Source: Phoronis australis | Taxonomy: Eukaryota > Animalia > Phoronida | Length of the DNA: 64,000 nucleotides | Direction: 5' to 3' | NCBI GenBank assembly: GCA_002633005.1 | Contig: NMRA01000001.1 | Span: forward strand, 1,583,755-1,647,754 | Shown here: positions 26,701-40,661 of the stretch, piece by piece | Position numbering within the stretch: the stretch's first letter is position 1 | Layout of the letters: the number at the start of each line of letters is the position of its first letter | Translations under genes and position numbers: made by a program | Notes under the pieces: generated by a model | What the model was told of the DNA's origin: nothing | The model's input: only the letters and a program-made list of their open reading frames with translations | Databases searched by the model: none

Positions 26701-28560
26701 TCAATTGCTTTGATTTGATTTGATGACACATCACAAAATCACATCATGAGAAAACTGTAAGTTCCTTTTTCTTGTTCTATTGTTATACTGTGATTACCTG
26801 AAGGAGGTCATAGGTGATATTTTGACTTAATAAATCATTTCATTCTTTTCATCTAACCTTGAATTGCTTATTCTCACCAAATTTTTATATTTCAGTAGAT
26901 GACACTGATCATGTACATACTTTTTAAAAACAGAATCATCAGCGCCCCCAGTGGCTAGTTTGTGAAGGCCAAGTTTAACAGATAAGAAACAAATGAAAAT
27001 AGTGTGCAAAAATAAACAATTAAATAACAGACTAAACTGACACACTGGCCCCAAAAGAGTTTACTAAGTTTAATCGGTTTAAGAACAGCACACAGTCTGA
27101 CTTGAGATTCGATAAGTTTTTGCACGTCCTGATCCATCATTCTGCATTTTATAGCTAATGGTAGCCTCACAAAACCCACTTAATCAATAAAATTCCACCA
27201 ATACAATAATTTGCCGTCTGTGAAAAAAACGTTTACCTTGCATTGAATTTGCAGCACCTCATCAATGAAAAGTTAATGGGAACCCTCAAATAGTGATGAT
27301 GAAACCTGTAACGGCACAGTCACTGGTACTGTCGGCTGGTCAAGTGAGGGTTGCCAGTCAGTCAAAATAGTGCAATGTTTACTTTAAATCTCCTTATGTA
27401 ACCAGGAATTTGTTGCCAATGTGAAGTGAATACCAGCACAGCACCACTGGGCACCATTAGTGCGATTTAACAAGAAAAGAGATTAATTCCTCACTTAGAG
27501 TTAAATGCAGGCCCCATTAATGGTTGTCTCCAGGAAGAATGTCAAGAACATTTTGTTAAAATCTCTTACCTAATGGCACTGCACCGTTTTTTTAGAGTGA
27601 CACATAAACCTGCTGAGAGAAGATGTAGACGCTGAGAGGAGGTTCCAGGAATAATTCAATCACAGCTAAGTCCTTCCACTTCACTGAACAGGGCTAGAGA
27701 AGGGAAATCTGAAGTGATGCGCTCAGCCCACGTCACTAGGGGTTATTTATAGATGATCTGATGTCGCAAGCAAGACATGTGGATGAGATGGCTATTGAGT
27801 TGTTTGCATTATCCAGGGGGGCACTTTGATTTTATTCTGGCATACTGGGAGTTGTCACAACAACCCAGGCAAGACTTGGAAAAGGCAGTTCTGAGTAGCT
27901 TGTATTATACAGGGAGGGGTTATTTGGATTCTGTTCTGGCATACTGAGAGTTGACACAACAACAGAACACATTTCACAAGCCACTGAAGTGGTCTTGCTC
28001 CTACATGATCATTTTTTTAAGAAAGTTAAAGACAGATGTTAACTTAGCAAATTAGGGGACACTGTAAAATAAGCTTTTAGGCAACCTTGAACAGTAGTTC
28101 CTTAATTAATCAAATTTTGATTAGCTTAGTGATGCTAAACTCAATTAATGTAGAACAGCGGAAATATATTTAAGACAGCCGCCATCAGAAACTCGGCCCA
28201 TTTCACAGCACCTTGAACTTTATTCAATAGACTTGCAAGAACAGTGAGCTTCATGACTTCTCGATATCACAAACATTGATCTAACATCCTTTTTGTGTGG
28301 AGCAGATCAATTACCACATTAGCGCAGGCTGAAGACTTGGTACGAATAAAACACTGGCTGAAGTAATATGCAAATTTGTGGATCTAAACTGGTAATTTGT
28401 CAAACTGTTTGGTTTCAGATCTGAATAGAATTTTTAGAGAAAAGTTACCTTAAGATGCATTTTTCATTGAAAATTACAATAAAATTTAAATTTTAAAGAA
28501 TTATGTAACAGAGTTCAGTTTGTTGATAAGTGTTTTGATTCCGGCAGTGTTCACCTTTAA

Positions 28561-29035
28561 AGGGCCTTTCACACTAACGTCAAGGCGTCGATGTTTTGGG
28601 AGTAGCAGTCAGTATGAACGCTTAACTCCGGTCCTAGATCGAAGTTGCCAATTAACTTCGCAGTAAACAATGGATTTAAAAATGAAGCGTCGACGCTATG
28701 GTGCAGTATGAACGGTCAACTTCGGCTTCATCGAAGTTATCGCCAGGCGCCACTGTTATCGTCAACACTTACAGGGTAGTGCCGTTTCTAATAGTTGTTT
28801 ATATTTTGTTCTAATAATCACCAATTGAATTAAAAAATAAGTTTTATGTCAATCAGCACATGTAAATATTCCCAAAAAATCTTAGCGTGCAGCGCTACCT
28901 TACGATTACTTCGATGACAACAGTGTCACCTACCGTTTACTTCGAAGTCCGTTAACTACCGAAAGGTTTAGTTAACTTCGCAGTTTACGTTGACGCTCTG
29001 CTCAGACTGGAATTAAGTCAGTATGAAAAGGCCGT
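28561..29035. mobile_element. PIF/Harbinger-like MITE
   Basis: TAA|AGGGCCTTTCACACT ... AGTATGAAAAGGCCGT|TAA; internal CAGTATGAA and TAACTTCG repeats; CpG-rich. Confidence 0.6.
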
Positions 29036-32000
29036 TAAGGTATTCACATTCCTCTGAACTGGGTTTTAATAACTCTTTGAAGTGTGGTAGACAATTGGCA
29101 TTTAAGTCCTGATAACATAAAAAAGCTACAGGAAGGTTTAACAATGGACTACATTATCTGGATCTACTGTCGTCTGGAGTTCACACTGAACAAGATACAT
29201 TTGTAGTGAAGATCATAAATACAAAATTGACGAGATGAGGTAATTATTAACAATCATGCATTCATTTTTACATACAAAGATCGTTTTTTGACTGAAAAAC
29301 AAACCATAAACAAATATACAGCTTTTTCATGTTTTTCAGACAGCAGAAGAACAAACAAAAGCAAATTATTACATTTGACTTAATTTGAGAATACTGTATA
29401 CTATGCCACAGGCAAAGTTGGTGTAATATTCAAAAAAGATTCTACTCTTTTGCACTTGCCTAACAAAATTATGTACCAAATTTACAGCTCATAACACATT
29501 TGTGTAAACTAATGACTTCTTTCTGGTTTTTTCAGAACTTGAAACCAGTTAGAATTTAGCATTACTGCCAAACAAAGATCAAAGACTACCATTCACTTTT
29601 TGTTTTTAGAAATTTTCCAAACCTTCGTGAACAATGAATTTTGAAGTAGGGTACAGTCACAGGGTCATTTTTCAGAATTTTCATTGTTTAGATGTCAATG
29701 TTGAATGTTGAACTAAAGCCAGACTTAAAAAAAATGCTCATAAGATCTTGACAAAGGTACATGTACGATTTTCAAATTGGTAATAGAGTTGACCAACTGC
29801 AGTAAATTCTGAACCATTGCCACTGAATGATTTTGATGCTCTTATTGGTAATGAAAATCTTGAAATGTAAATCTTTATCCATAGAGGAAAGTTCATTATA
29901 ATTGATAAACTAAATCTGTTAAATAGTAATGTAATTCAGTCGCCATAAGAAACATTACGAGATCGAAATTTTAGACTCAGGCTTAATGCATTTTGTAAAG
30001 AAACATCAAGATTTCTCTAGCTCAAATACAAGTTTCGTGATACAATTTTACAGACAAAAACACAACTTGATACTCGGAATAGCCTGAAGGCTAGCGACAA
30101 ATGTCATTCAGGAAACTGCCCAAAGCAAGGAGGCTTCTGTTTGGGTAATTTATAAAATTCTGGCAAAAACCTGGTAGCAACAAAAGGCTGTAAGTCATGA
30201 AACTCTTGTAAGACCATCACCATCAAAGTTCGGAAATTTCTTTTCTCAGGGGCTGTTGATACGTCTTTTAAGAACCAGAATTTGGGAAAAAAGTGTTCAA
30301 AACATTGCAAAAAGGTGATGACAGATTCGATTCCCATCGTTGGTGGCCCCTAAATTAAACTCCACCTGGGGCCCCTATCTCTGTAGAGTGTGTATACATC
30401 CACTTCTGAAAATGCTTATATGGCCAATCAAGCAGACTCATGTCAAGCAAACTCTACTAAAGAAGAGCCAGGAGAGCATAGCCCACACATAAATGTAGAG
30501 GGATGGCTGCTGAGCCCTCAAAATTATGATGGCGTTTATACCATCTCAATTGGATAACTGCTAACAATGTTCAAACCAAAGCTCCAAATGCATGCCCGCA
30601 AAACTGGAGAAAATGCATCTCCTACAAAACCTAGAACAGCTGAAAAAATATCACTCAATGCCAAAATTCTGAATGCGGGATAATCACATCAAAATTATCA
30701 AAAGGGAATCCAGAGACATGTGAGTCCCCAGTGGCCACCAAACACTACGCGCCCCTCGGGGAAGGACACTCTTGTTCAACACTTGATCAATGTGAATACA
30801 AGGGTTTATTAGACCACTTTTATTCAAGCTGAAGTAATTAGGCAGATTGGATCACTGCCATACGACCCAGTGTACTAAATGAACATAAACTTGATCACTA
30901 CCACAGCACAAACTAAGAATCTAATTTTACTGCAACCATGAATGAAGAATCGATGTGGCATAAAACAAGCAACTTGCGTGCATCATTTCTCCATAAGAAA
31001 TAACAACAAAGAGCATTTCAGCCTATGTAGTCCTAAATCTGCGGGTTAATTAGCACAATATATTGGTCAAAATCGGCATCAAGTGCCAATACAATTTTGA
31101 TGCAGCAATGGGACCTCGCTAGGCGGTTGCCAACGTTAATATGCCAGAAGAGCACGGTGAGGTAAAAATGATCACTGGACACCAACTTAAGTAAGACATT
31201 AAGCGACCTTACAGTTACAGTACCCCAAATGTTTCAGTTTTACTGATAAAATTTGTGAAAGACTATGACATGACAACTTATAAAGAGTTAATTGAACCTT
31301 CCTTGATTTTACGACAACAACTCCTTCTAAATCAGCAAGTGTGATGAACAATGTGATGCCTGGGATAAACTCATTTATGATCTATACTTAAACAGGATCA
31401 CAACAATCTAAATGAAATTAAAGAAGTCTCATTGCCTGCCTATTGCCACAGAGTAGACAATTGTACACCGGGGGGGACTCTGAATCAATCTGTAGTTTAA
31501 CAGGCTGCATTCTGTGGCCGCCTTATCGCAAAATTATTAGCTCACGCCAACAAAACAAGACACAAAACTACTCAGACTATGGTCTAAGTGTTAACCGTCA
31601 TGTTAACAAGGCATTTACTCAATGAGAAAGACAGAATGATGATTATACAGTAAAAACAGTGTCTTCTTACAGAGAAAGACAATCAGCGTAATCACATACG
31701 CACGATACACAGCACAGCGTGTTAATGTGCAATGGATTGCTCATGAAGGAAACTTTTCTCCCTTCGTGTCACGGAAGACATTAACGAGAATAATGGAGTT
31801 TCTCAGCATTGACTGTGTATGTACGATGGTTCCTGTTCAACTGAGAACATGCAATATGTGGGAGGTGGAAATCGTAACAGAACGTCTGAGTAACCGAAAC
31901 ATTACATTTACTAACAAAAAAGTCAAAAGTGCACTCAGCCCTTCCTATAGTTTTAAAGTCCAAACAGTTAACAACCAACGGTACTAGCACATTTTATAAG

Positions 32001-35000
32001 TACGGTCTTTGCCAAGGTGGTCAAAAGTTTAATTTTAATTAGCACACGGTTCGTTAACATATAGCTCGCTAAAGCAACCTAATATGAACAATTATGAACT
32101 TTACCTCATTTATGTTTTCAGTCCTCTAACAAAAAACACAGCCTCATGTTTGCAGTAATGTGCCAACAACCGTCTTAGTTGCGACCAGACGACCTCAGCT
32201 AATCAACTGCATTAGTAGGATCTCTAGCTTATAGTAAAATTCTTGTGTTTAGGACAAAAATTCCTAAAATCATTATTTTGTACTTTTCAAAAGGCTTATC
32301 ACTGATTTTGCAACAAACGCTCAAAATTTTAACAAATGCTATTTAGTGACAGCAATGCTTTACACAGAATGATAGCAATGAAGTAAATTATCCTTAAATA
32401 ATATTTTTGCTGAAAAATTTTGACAAGCAAATCCATTTGTCCGTCATACTGTGTCATCCAACGTGAACACAAACTAAATGCATTCATGAGGCGAGATGAA
32501 TGGATGAAGTGAACTGCTCGTGTTAGCATGACAATCCATCTACATTCCAAATAATCCAAAGTGGCACCAACAAAAAACAAATAGGACAACTAGTTTACTT
32601 TGCTCCCCACCAGCAGGATTGACTTTTAATACATACTCAACTTTTAAGAGTACTGACTGAATCTGTGCAGTTCGTTGAATATTTGTAACATGGTTCATTA
32701 TAGTGTGTTCGTTAACACAGAATTCATGCTGTGAGACCGAATGTTCAAGAGAACCAACAATAAAAGTACAGTAAAAAGCTTTAACAAGATTGAATTTATA
32801 AAATAGGATTGAATTTGTGAGGTACGATTGATATTTATTTTAAACAGAATTGATTTATCAAATGGTATTGAATTTATAATATAGGATTCATGTCTAAAAG
32901 TAATTCTTGCACTTTCTACTGTCCATATGTGACACATAAATGTACTTTCTGTGAGCAGTTACTAATAACATAACATCATCTCCAAAGACATATTTAAGAA
33001 ATTACGTCGTTATTACCAATTAAATTTTCCAAGCGACGCGGGACAAATCCCCCAGGTATCACAACAATTTTTTTTTCTCCGGCAAATTACTCAAAGTAGA
33101 TGTTCACTGCGGTGAAGTCCCACCACTGTGGAACTCTGTGGTCAGGATAAGTGAACTTTATATCCTCATTTCAGAGAAGACAAGGAACATCACTTTTAAA
33201 ATGCTTTCTTGTTTGTAAATTCTGTTAATTGCTGTTACTTATTACTCGATATTTTGAACGTTCACAGCAAAGATATAGTACATTGTTAAATGAAAAGAAC
33301 ACTTAGGTAAAATCTTAGTTCAATTGCCATGAAACTAGTTGGTACGTTATTTCGCACTCCATTCCCCTTTGACTAACTAAAATTTAATGACAAAGTCAAA
33401 CCCTGTTTTCAAGTCTACAAAAATACAATGGCAGTCATGTAATAAATAAAATCACTGACGTCATCATCGTGTACATTTTCAATGATTCATGACAATTTAG
33501 AAAGGAGTGTCTGTACAAGCACAGACAATTTTTGATTTAAGACAGTTTGACACATGTGTGTGACCTACAACAATAAATGAATCATACTTTTATAACGTTT
33601 ATGAATGTATTTAGGCCTGATGCATCTATATTTGAAATGATGCTTTTAAATCAAGAGAATTTTTCTACTCAATTGTTTCACACACAGGCGCATGTAGCTC
33701 TTTCATGTAAATAAGCATATGCATTGATACCATGTTTTGCCTTTTCTTGGTATTTTTCATTTGATTAATTGATATCAAAATTGAGTAGAAGGCAATAACT
33801 GTACTTTTGTAATGGATGCGATTAAGTTTCATTCAAATGCTGTTTTAAAAAACTTGCTACTTAGTTTTTACGAATATGTTAAGCACATAGGCTAATGTTC
33901 TTAATTATGAATACTGCCGTAGGGCCAAATGCTGGCACATGCGTTCCGGGTTTGGCTACTCAGAGTCCATATAGGATAATATAACAAATATCTTTTTAGC
34001 CACAACCATAAACTTTTTGTTAAACTGTGCATAGTTACAAAGACCAACTGGGGAAGCTGAAAGACTAAGAGAAAGGTTCACAAAGACCTTGGGTGACAAT
34101 TTCAAAAAGCCTGTTGTGTGTGAACGACACCCATGACTTAGAAAAATTAGCAAAATTCTAAGCCACTATGCTGACTACATGCGTATGTAAAGTAATCCTA
34201 ACATCCTAATAAAACTCCGAATTAAAGATTACTGAAACAGGTCCTTCCTTAATTTCTTAAAACTAGACAGATTGATTTTATCGTACATACCTATTTATGT
34301 AACGCAAGCAAAAAATGATCTACACCATTCACCAAATTACGAAATAGTGACATTTTGCTACTAAATGAACTCTAGTAAGCATTTTGCATTACGCACACTA
34401 ATTGTGACTGCCTGGTGAGAAACAAACGCTGCTTGAATATTGCATTCTAGCTTAGTTTCTTTTTTGACGAATCTGGTAATAAAACCACTGGCAATCACTT
34501 CTTAATAACAAGTACTTGCAAACAGCAATAGTCAATTCTCGAAAATCTCTTGAGACCAATGATTGGATACTATTTTCAGTGAATAAATAATTGGCAATCC
34601 TCTTGCATATCTGAAAGTAGAATCCTAATAAGTACCAATCAAAAATAAGCGCGAAGTATCAGTGACACATCCACTAGAAAAAACACCAAGGTAACAAAAT
34701 CTAGCATTGGCTATTTTTGCCATCACCACTAAAAATAAAACGGAGCAAGCATTGCTGATCAAGACTACTACTGTGACCAGCAAGAATTTAATGGCAACCA
34801 AAAGTGTAAAGGACAGTGCCTGCTCAGTCACTAAATCTTGTGCACATAAGTCAAGATCGTACATTGTGGAAAGAATGAGAAATGCATATTCTGGTGCACT
34901 TGTGAAAGCTGTGCAGGATTGGTTGTGGAACACCCTCACATCCACACCCTCACCAGGAGTGTTTTCTGCTCGAACCAAACATATGGTCTCAGATGAGGTT

Positions 35001-36790
35001 TTGGGGTATGGAGATTATATCAGGCCAAGGGAAGTTAAAAGGTTTGTTGTTTGTCAACTAATCTGAGACAGTATTGGAAGCTCTTCCACAAACATCCACG
35101 ACAGATATGGAAGACGACAGTAAATATCTGAATTTTTAAGTTTTCATTTTTTGGAAAATAACTAGTGAAATTGACACTATCAAACTATATCATTGTATTC
35201 AAACATGAAAGTCATTTTTGACAAAGAAATATTGGAATGCGAGCATTGAGAACATAGAGTCCTAAAGAAATGGACATGAAACGTAAAAAATCTTTCTGAA
35301 CAACACAAACCAAAGAACCACTTAACTAATCAAACACAAAAAATACACAGTTGGCCTAGGTCTTTAAGGGAGATTCATTAACAAGGAGAGTGAGTTCATC
35401 TGAGTTAAAGCTATGACGTCACTGGCAGCTTGTAGCTGGACTAAAAATCACTGTGACAGACAAGAATATTTAGATAGAAAACATGACCCAAACAACCTCA
35501 CAGAAGAGGAGAGATTGAGTACTTCTATTTTCAGTTCCCCACAAAAAACGTCACATGGTAATAATTGAAAAACAATCAATCAATGTCAGAATTTTGTTTT
35601 TAGTAATAAACAGCATAACAAAGATAAAACATTAAACTTTTCCCACCTTTTTGATAATAAATAGAGGCTCATTCAGAGGCACGCAACAAGAAACTCTAAT
35701 AACTAAAAGGACCGGTTTTAACATTAACGGCTTCAGCATGAAAATTTTTAAGATTGAAAATGTACCAGAGCTTACGGAACAGGAAAATAAACATGACAGT
35801 AGATGAAGACAAACGTTTATTAATGGCAAGGTTAGGAAATTGCAAATTGACTTCAAGTTACAGGCAGGTGAGTGTCAGGCCTTAGAATACAAGTGCTGGT
35901 GTACTTAATATGAGCAATGAAGCAGAATAACAGAACTGATGTAACCAGGACTACGTCACGCACAAGTAAGTTATTAGAAAAAAATGCTTTATTATAGCAC
36001 TAAGCTTGCTGAGATAACAGAAAAAAGGAAGGAAATGTAGTGTATTTTAGTGGCATTGTAAAAGTCTGCTTCCTCGTTCAAGCCAACTCATATCAACATG
36101 TTACGGAAAATCTTATACAAATGAAAAGTGACAGTCAAGACAACATTTCCTTGTGGAAGTTGTCCCTTGGCATAGACGTCATAATTTTGAAATCAATAAC
36201 AATGAAAGTTAACGAGAAGATATGTTCAATGCGATTAGCCAGATTTGCTTGGCATGACTGCGCAATCTAATGGATCACCTAACTCCATCATTAACGCAGG
36301 AACGGCAATAGGGTGACCAACACACAAGATCATAAGTCACCTGACAGGAAACGGTAACAGAATTCAGTTTAGTGAACCTGTATGTGTTTAAGACATATCA
36401 TACCTGATGAGCTGTTTTGCTCACCTTTGCAGAGTTGATTTATTTCTTTTCAATTCACAGTTACACCTGCTGTGCAACGGAAAGCAATTGCATGCAACTA
36501 GTAATGACGGTAAAATCTCACAATAGGACACAACATAGCAGACAAGTCCAACACAATAAAAACTTAATCGTTTTTATTTCATACACCAATAGCTTCCGTT
36601 AAACAATATTTTTCATGGCAAACTGCCGGTGGTCATTCAAAACAATGCTTCGACACTACGAAAATGGAAGAAAGCTCAATTTCGACAATTATTTTTATCC
36701 ATTGTTGGCCATGTTGAGACTTTACAGTATGCACAATGTTCCAATTGCTCATCTATGAAGTCCAGATCACAACATGAATCAATGTCATTT

Positions 36791-37275
36791 CCCAGAGGGT
36801 ACTCCTATAGAGGAGGTATACAAGACATGCAACTCAGACGGGTAACATTCCCACAACCAGTTTCTGGGCGAAAATGTTAATTTTTCTGAGAAAATTGCCC
36901 ACACAAATGTGCTTATTCCAACAAAGTTATCGATGAATGGTTCACTTAGAAAGTTCAGCTATACTGATCTTCAGAAGGGCTTTCAATATTACATATATTT
37001 CAAAAACAAATTTGTCTCCATTTTGACATAGTGGCTTTTCTTTTTGCACTGGCTCAATACTCTGTCCAATAATTCTTATGAAAGGGTTAAGCTTATGGAA
37101 TTGATGACTTAGAAAAGGACAGTGTTTCTAGAAAAAAAAACCATGAAGAGAGGTTTTTTCAGGGAGGCTCCCCACAAAAGGGTCTCCTTTTTCCAGTTCA
37201 CTCTCAAATAGGGTGGCAATCAAACAAAATTTTCCATCAGCATGCATATCAAAGAGATAGTCAAGTACCCCCTGG
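36791..37275. mobile_element. CCC.GGGGGTACT-terminated non-autonomous DNA element; related copy at about 15504-15980
   Basis: CCAGAGGGTACT / AGTACCCCCTGG termini; TTATGGAATTGA..AAAAGG..AGTGTTTCTAGAA and CACTC.C.AAATAGG shared with the 15.8-16.0 kb copy. Confidence 0.55.
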
Positions 37276-37482
37276 TGTTCAAGCTGTGGATAATACCAGA
37301 GATCAAGAAAACTTATTTTACGAGAGTTTCGAATTGAGCTAACTTTTGAATCTCAGGCAACGTGATAGGTCAATTTTCAAGCTGAATATCATGGCCTGAA
37401 GTCTAATACAACTCTGATTCCAGGAGCATGTTTCTTACCAGAAACTCAACCACACAAATACTGTTATTAATGAAAATCTTAC

Positions 37483-37661
37483 CTTCAAATGCATTCTTTT
37501 TTAACCTGGCTGGACTACTGTTGACCCTCTGACTTTGATTGACATACATCTTGTAAAAGTAAGGCTGAGGAACAAAGGCACGGCCAGCCGTGGTTGAGGG
37601 TCGGGGGTCGTCCGACGGGAAATGAGCCATAATTTCGGCTTGTTTTGGATTTCTGTAGCTT
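37483..37661 (-). CDS. Unknown gene, coding exon (SYRNPKQAEIMAHFPSDDPRP...RLKKNAFE)
   Basis: TTTTTTCTCTATAG| acceptor, AAG|GTAAGA donor, 179 nt, open in phase 2-1; within ORF 37403..37720. Downstream exons not resolved. Confidence 0.8.
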
Positions 37662-37850
37662 CTATAGAGAAAAAAGACAAGCTCAGTTTCACAACACGAA
37701 ATATTCAAACAAAACGTCAAAGTACACGTGTATATATCGACTAGAAGTGGATTCGTACTTTATATATTTTAGTAAAATTTACATTATTTTTCACTTTAAC
37801 ATTCATCTTAATTGAACTACGACCCCTAATGGACCAATGTGTTTGCTAAC

Positions 37851-37858
37851 CTGTTGAA
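37851..37858 (-). CDS. Candidate 8-nt microexon (TTCAACAG; F-N-R)
   Basis: TGTTTCAG| acceptor, CAG|GTTAGC donor; supplies the phase 0-to-2 shift needed between the flanking exons. Confidence 0.4.
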
Positions 37859-38442
37859 CTGAAACATCACTTAACATCAAAAAAGTTATACCACTGTTAA
37901 AATGAGCTGTCAAGTGAATTTCACTTGACCACTGCAGGATCGCCATGGTTACTTAACCCATCAGTCAATCAATGCAATGAAAAAGTGAGTGTTGCAAAGA
38001 TTTGTCAATATCAATTACTAACATCTAGTAACTCAGCCCAATTATACAACTTAAGGAATGAAGCAGCAAGGAACAGTGTTGCAAATTAAAAGGGCCCAGA
38101 CAGTAATGACACAAATTGAGGGATATGTGGTCATTGCACAGGTCTGCACCAGAGCTGTGTTTCCTTGAATAGTATTATTTAAGTGTCTGCATGTGATTTT
38201 TCTCAGTGGTCATCAGCACATTTTGTAATTAGGAATTTCTAATTAAGCAGAACGCTTTTGCAATCGAAATGTCTTTATAAATGTTACGCGTGCATTGAAA
38301 GCTACTGTGAAAACTAGATCTCCAGCTGCTAAATAACTATGCCTTTGTGCTACTTTCAAAAACTGTTGTTCTGCATAACTATGATGAGGTCAATGCTACC
38401 ACCTATTGGTCAGGATAAAATTTAAGATCCCACAATGCATAC

Positions 38443-38457
38443 CGGTTCAATCTGCCT
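38443..38457 (-). CDS. Candidate 15-nt frame-preserving microexon (RQIEP)
   Basis: Upstream TTCATATTCCTCTCTAACATGATTGCCTGATGTTCAG (pyrimidines, CTAAC branch point, UGC); donor CCG|GTATGC. Confidence 0.35.
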
Positions 38458-39653
38458 CTGAACATCAGGCAATCATGTTAGAGAGGAATATGAACATCCA
38501 AAAGACTGCTTTGCAAATTCCTCACAACATGAGTATACATTTCATTAAGGTCACATTTACACAAACTAAATTAAATATTGTTTGGAATAAGAATCATTAC
38601 AACTTGTCAAAAAGATCGAAGTCAAATGATTTACCACAGTGAGAGCACTGCCCAACATAAGAGTATACTGAAATTTAAAAACAGTGAGTCCATATTAAGA
38701 ACTGTATGCATGGTAACAGAAGTGACACTAAATTAAGCATAAGTAAATTCACAAGTCATAGAGCAGTACATGAGAATTGGCAAAAATGAAACTATGGGAT
38801 AAAGTTTACACAGTTCAGGATCTCTCGTAATCTAGACAAGTTGAAGTAATATGAGAAAAATACAGGATGACGATAAAATGATGTAATATCATGGGAAAAA
38901 ATAACGAGATCATTGAAGCTAGCAATGATCTCACATGTAGTTCAATAAATTGTTGGACGTTTCCCAAGGATCACCATCGGATTCCAATAAACACCGCAAA
39001 CTTACTATAACAAAATCAAAACATCCATGACTCATCACGATATAGTACAGAATATTCCAATGGAAGATGGTGTTTTGATCCCGATTTATATTGACATGCT
39101 TAAGGTAATGAGAGACCCTCGAAAATGCCGAAGTTCGGAATGGCATACTACAGAATTGACCGATTGCATTCTAATGACACTTTAAGAAGGTGTGTTTAGT
39201 GCACTGTTCTTCAAAACACTCTCAGGATTTGTTTGTTGATGATTCACTTCTGCATGAGGGGTTATTATAAATAGAAATTATAGAATTTTAAAAAATCCAA
39301 AAATTGCATAACCAAAAACAATACAAGCTAGAAAACTTTAAGAGGGTTTTTGAGAGTTCATCTTGTACATTAATATTTGTTCAAAAGAAATTTGGGGATT
39401 TTATTGATGCCGTTGTCTTGTTATGACTGCACCTTTCATGTTTGCTTAACTTTACTAATATGACACGGCTATATGACCCAATTTACAGCAGGTTTGTATT
39501 TGGTCAAAAAACAAATCCTAGAGGCTTTTGCCTTTCACAAAAACACATTTACTGAGTTAAGAAATCCTAGTTTTGTACATATTAGGCCAGGCGCACAACC
39601 TTGAAGATAAGTTCTTGCATAATCTAAAATCATTTCACCTAAACACAACTTAC

Positions 39654-39725
39654 TTGATTGTCAACCCTGTATTTCTTTGCTGCCCATCTTTTTTGGCTTG
39701 TTGTAGCTTTCTCTGGGGAAGTAAG
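39654..39725 (-). CDS. Unknown gene, coding exon (LTSPEKATTSQKRWAAKKYRVDNQ in phase 0)
   Basis: CGCTCTACAG| acceptor, CAA|GTAAGT donor, 72 nt. Also open in phase 2, so the frame is not certain. Confidence 0.65.
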
Positions 39726-40372
39726 CTGTAGAGCGAACCCACATTTCCCTAGAAAGGACATTTCATCCTAAATTTCAAATCAACAGCATTACAAGAATCG
39801 TTAAAAAAAAACGAGTAACCCACTTTGAACAACAGCATTTACCACGTGAATCAGCTTCATAAATTTTACGTGGGTCACGGGAAATGCATAAAGGTAGCTG
39901 GTTGTAATCTACCTTCATGAGTAAAAAAAATCACTGAAACATGATTAAATACAACAATGCCAGACTACACAGTGACACTTGAAACTCACAGTGGTGTTTA
40001 CCCACAATGATGCGACATCCCTCAAGCAGTTCTGTAGCTTTGTTTTCGCGTTTTTTGGAGTTTCTCATGTTATTTGTTGGTGCCTTGCTTTTTAAAAGTT
40101 TTTATCAACTAAATTAATTGTATTTGACCTTTCAATGCCAGCGAAGTTTTACTACTGTGATGTGGGCTGCAACTCCGATGACTGAAAGTTGGATAAATCT
40201 GAGTGAGTAGTATACGTGGATGCAATATTTTCTGACACGATTCTTAGAATCAGCCCAACATTTCTAAATTTAGGCTAATATAGCAACGCGATTTCCTACC
40301 TCTAGGATATAGGAGATTTCCATTGGGGACTGTCGCTACTACATTAAGGTATAAGATTTCTTGAAGCCATAC

Positions 40373-40589
40373 CTTGCAAATCTTTTTATAGCACTCTTCT
40401 AGTCCAATGAGATTACGAGTCTTTGACACCCGATCAACCTCTTGAGCAACTGTTTCCTGTAGGCTGACCCCAAACACATCTGAGGATTTGCTTTTGTCTA
40501 CCAATTCATTGACGTCATTGTCAGACCGCAGATATTCAGGGTGCGTAACACCCTGGTTGTTCACAAAACTGTATTCTCTTGGGTTCTTC
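40373..40589 (-). CDS. Unknown gene, coding exon (KNPREYSFVNNQG...EECYKKICK)
   Basis: TTTCTTTCAAATTGCAG| acceptor, AAG|GTATGG donor, 217 nt, phase 2-0; overlaps ORF 40250..40564. Confidence 0.85.
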
Positions 40590-40661
40590 CTGCAATTTGA
40601 AAGAAAAAATTATTTTTTTTCTGCTTGGACTTGCAACCATAAGCCCATTGAGACTATATAC

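Noticed and set aside
34625-35066. Overlapping 117-119-aa ORFs; also 1858-2196, 17291-17647, 18008-18376 and 26314-26676
   Set aside because: No recognisable domain, mostly non-ATG starts, and no consistent splice boundaries.
39005-39147. Possible exon (YAIPNFGIFEGLSLP)
   Set aside because: In-frame TAA in the needed phase; resembles a TTAAGGTA..CATACTAC MITE remnant.
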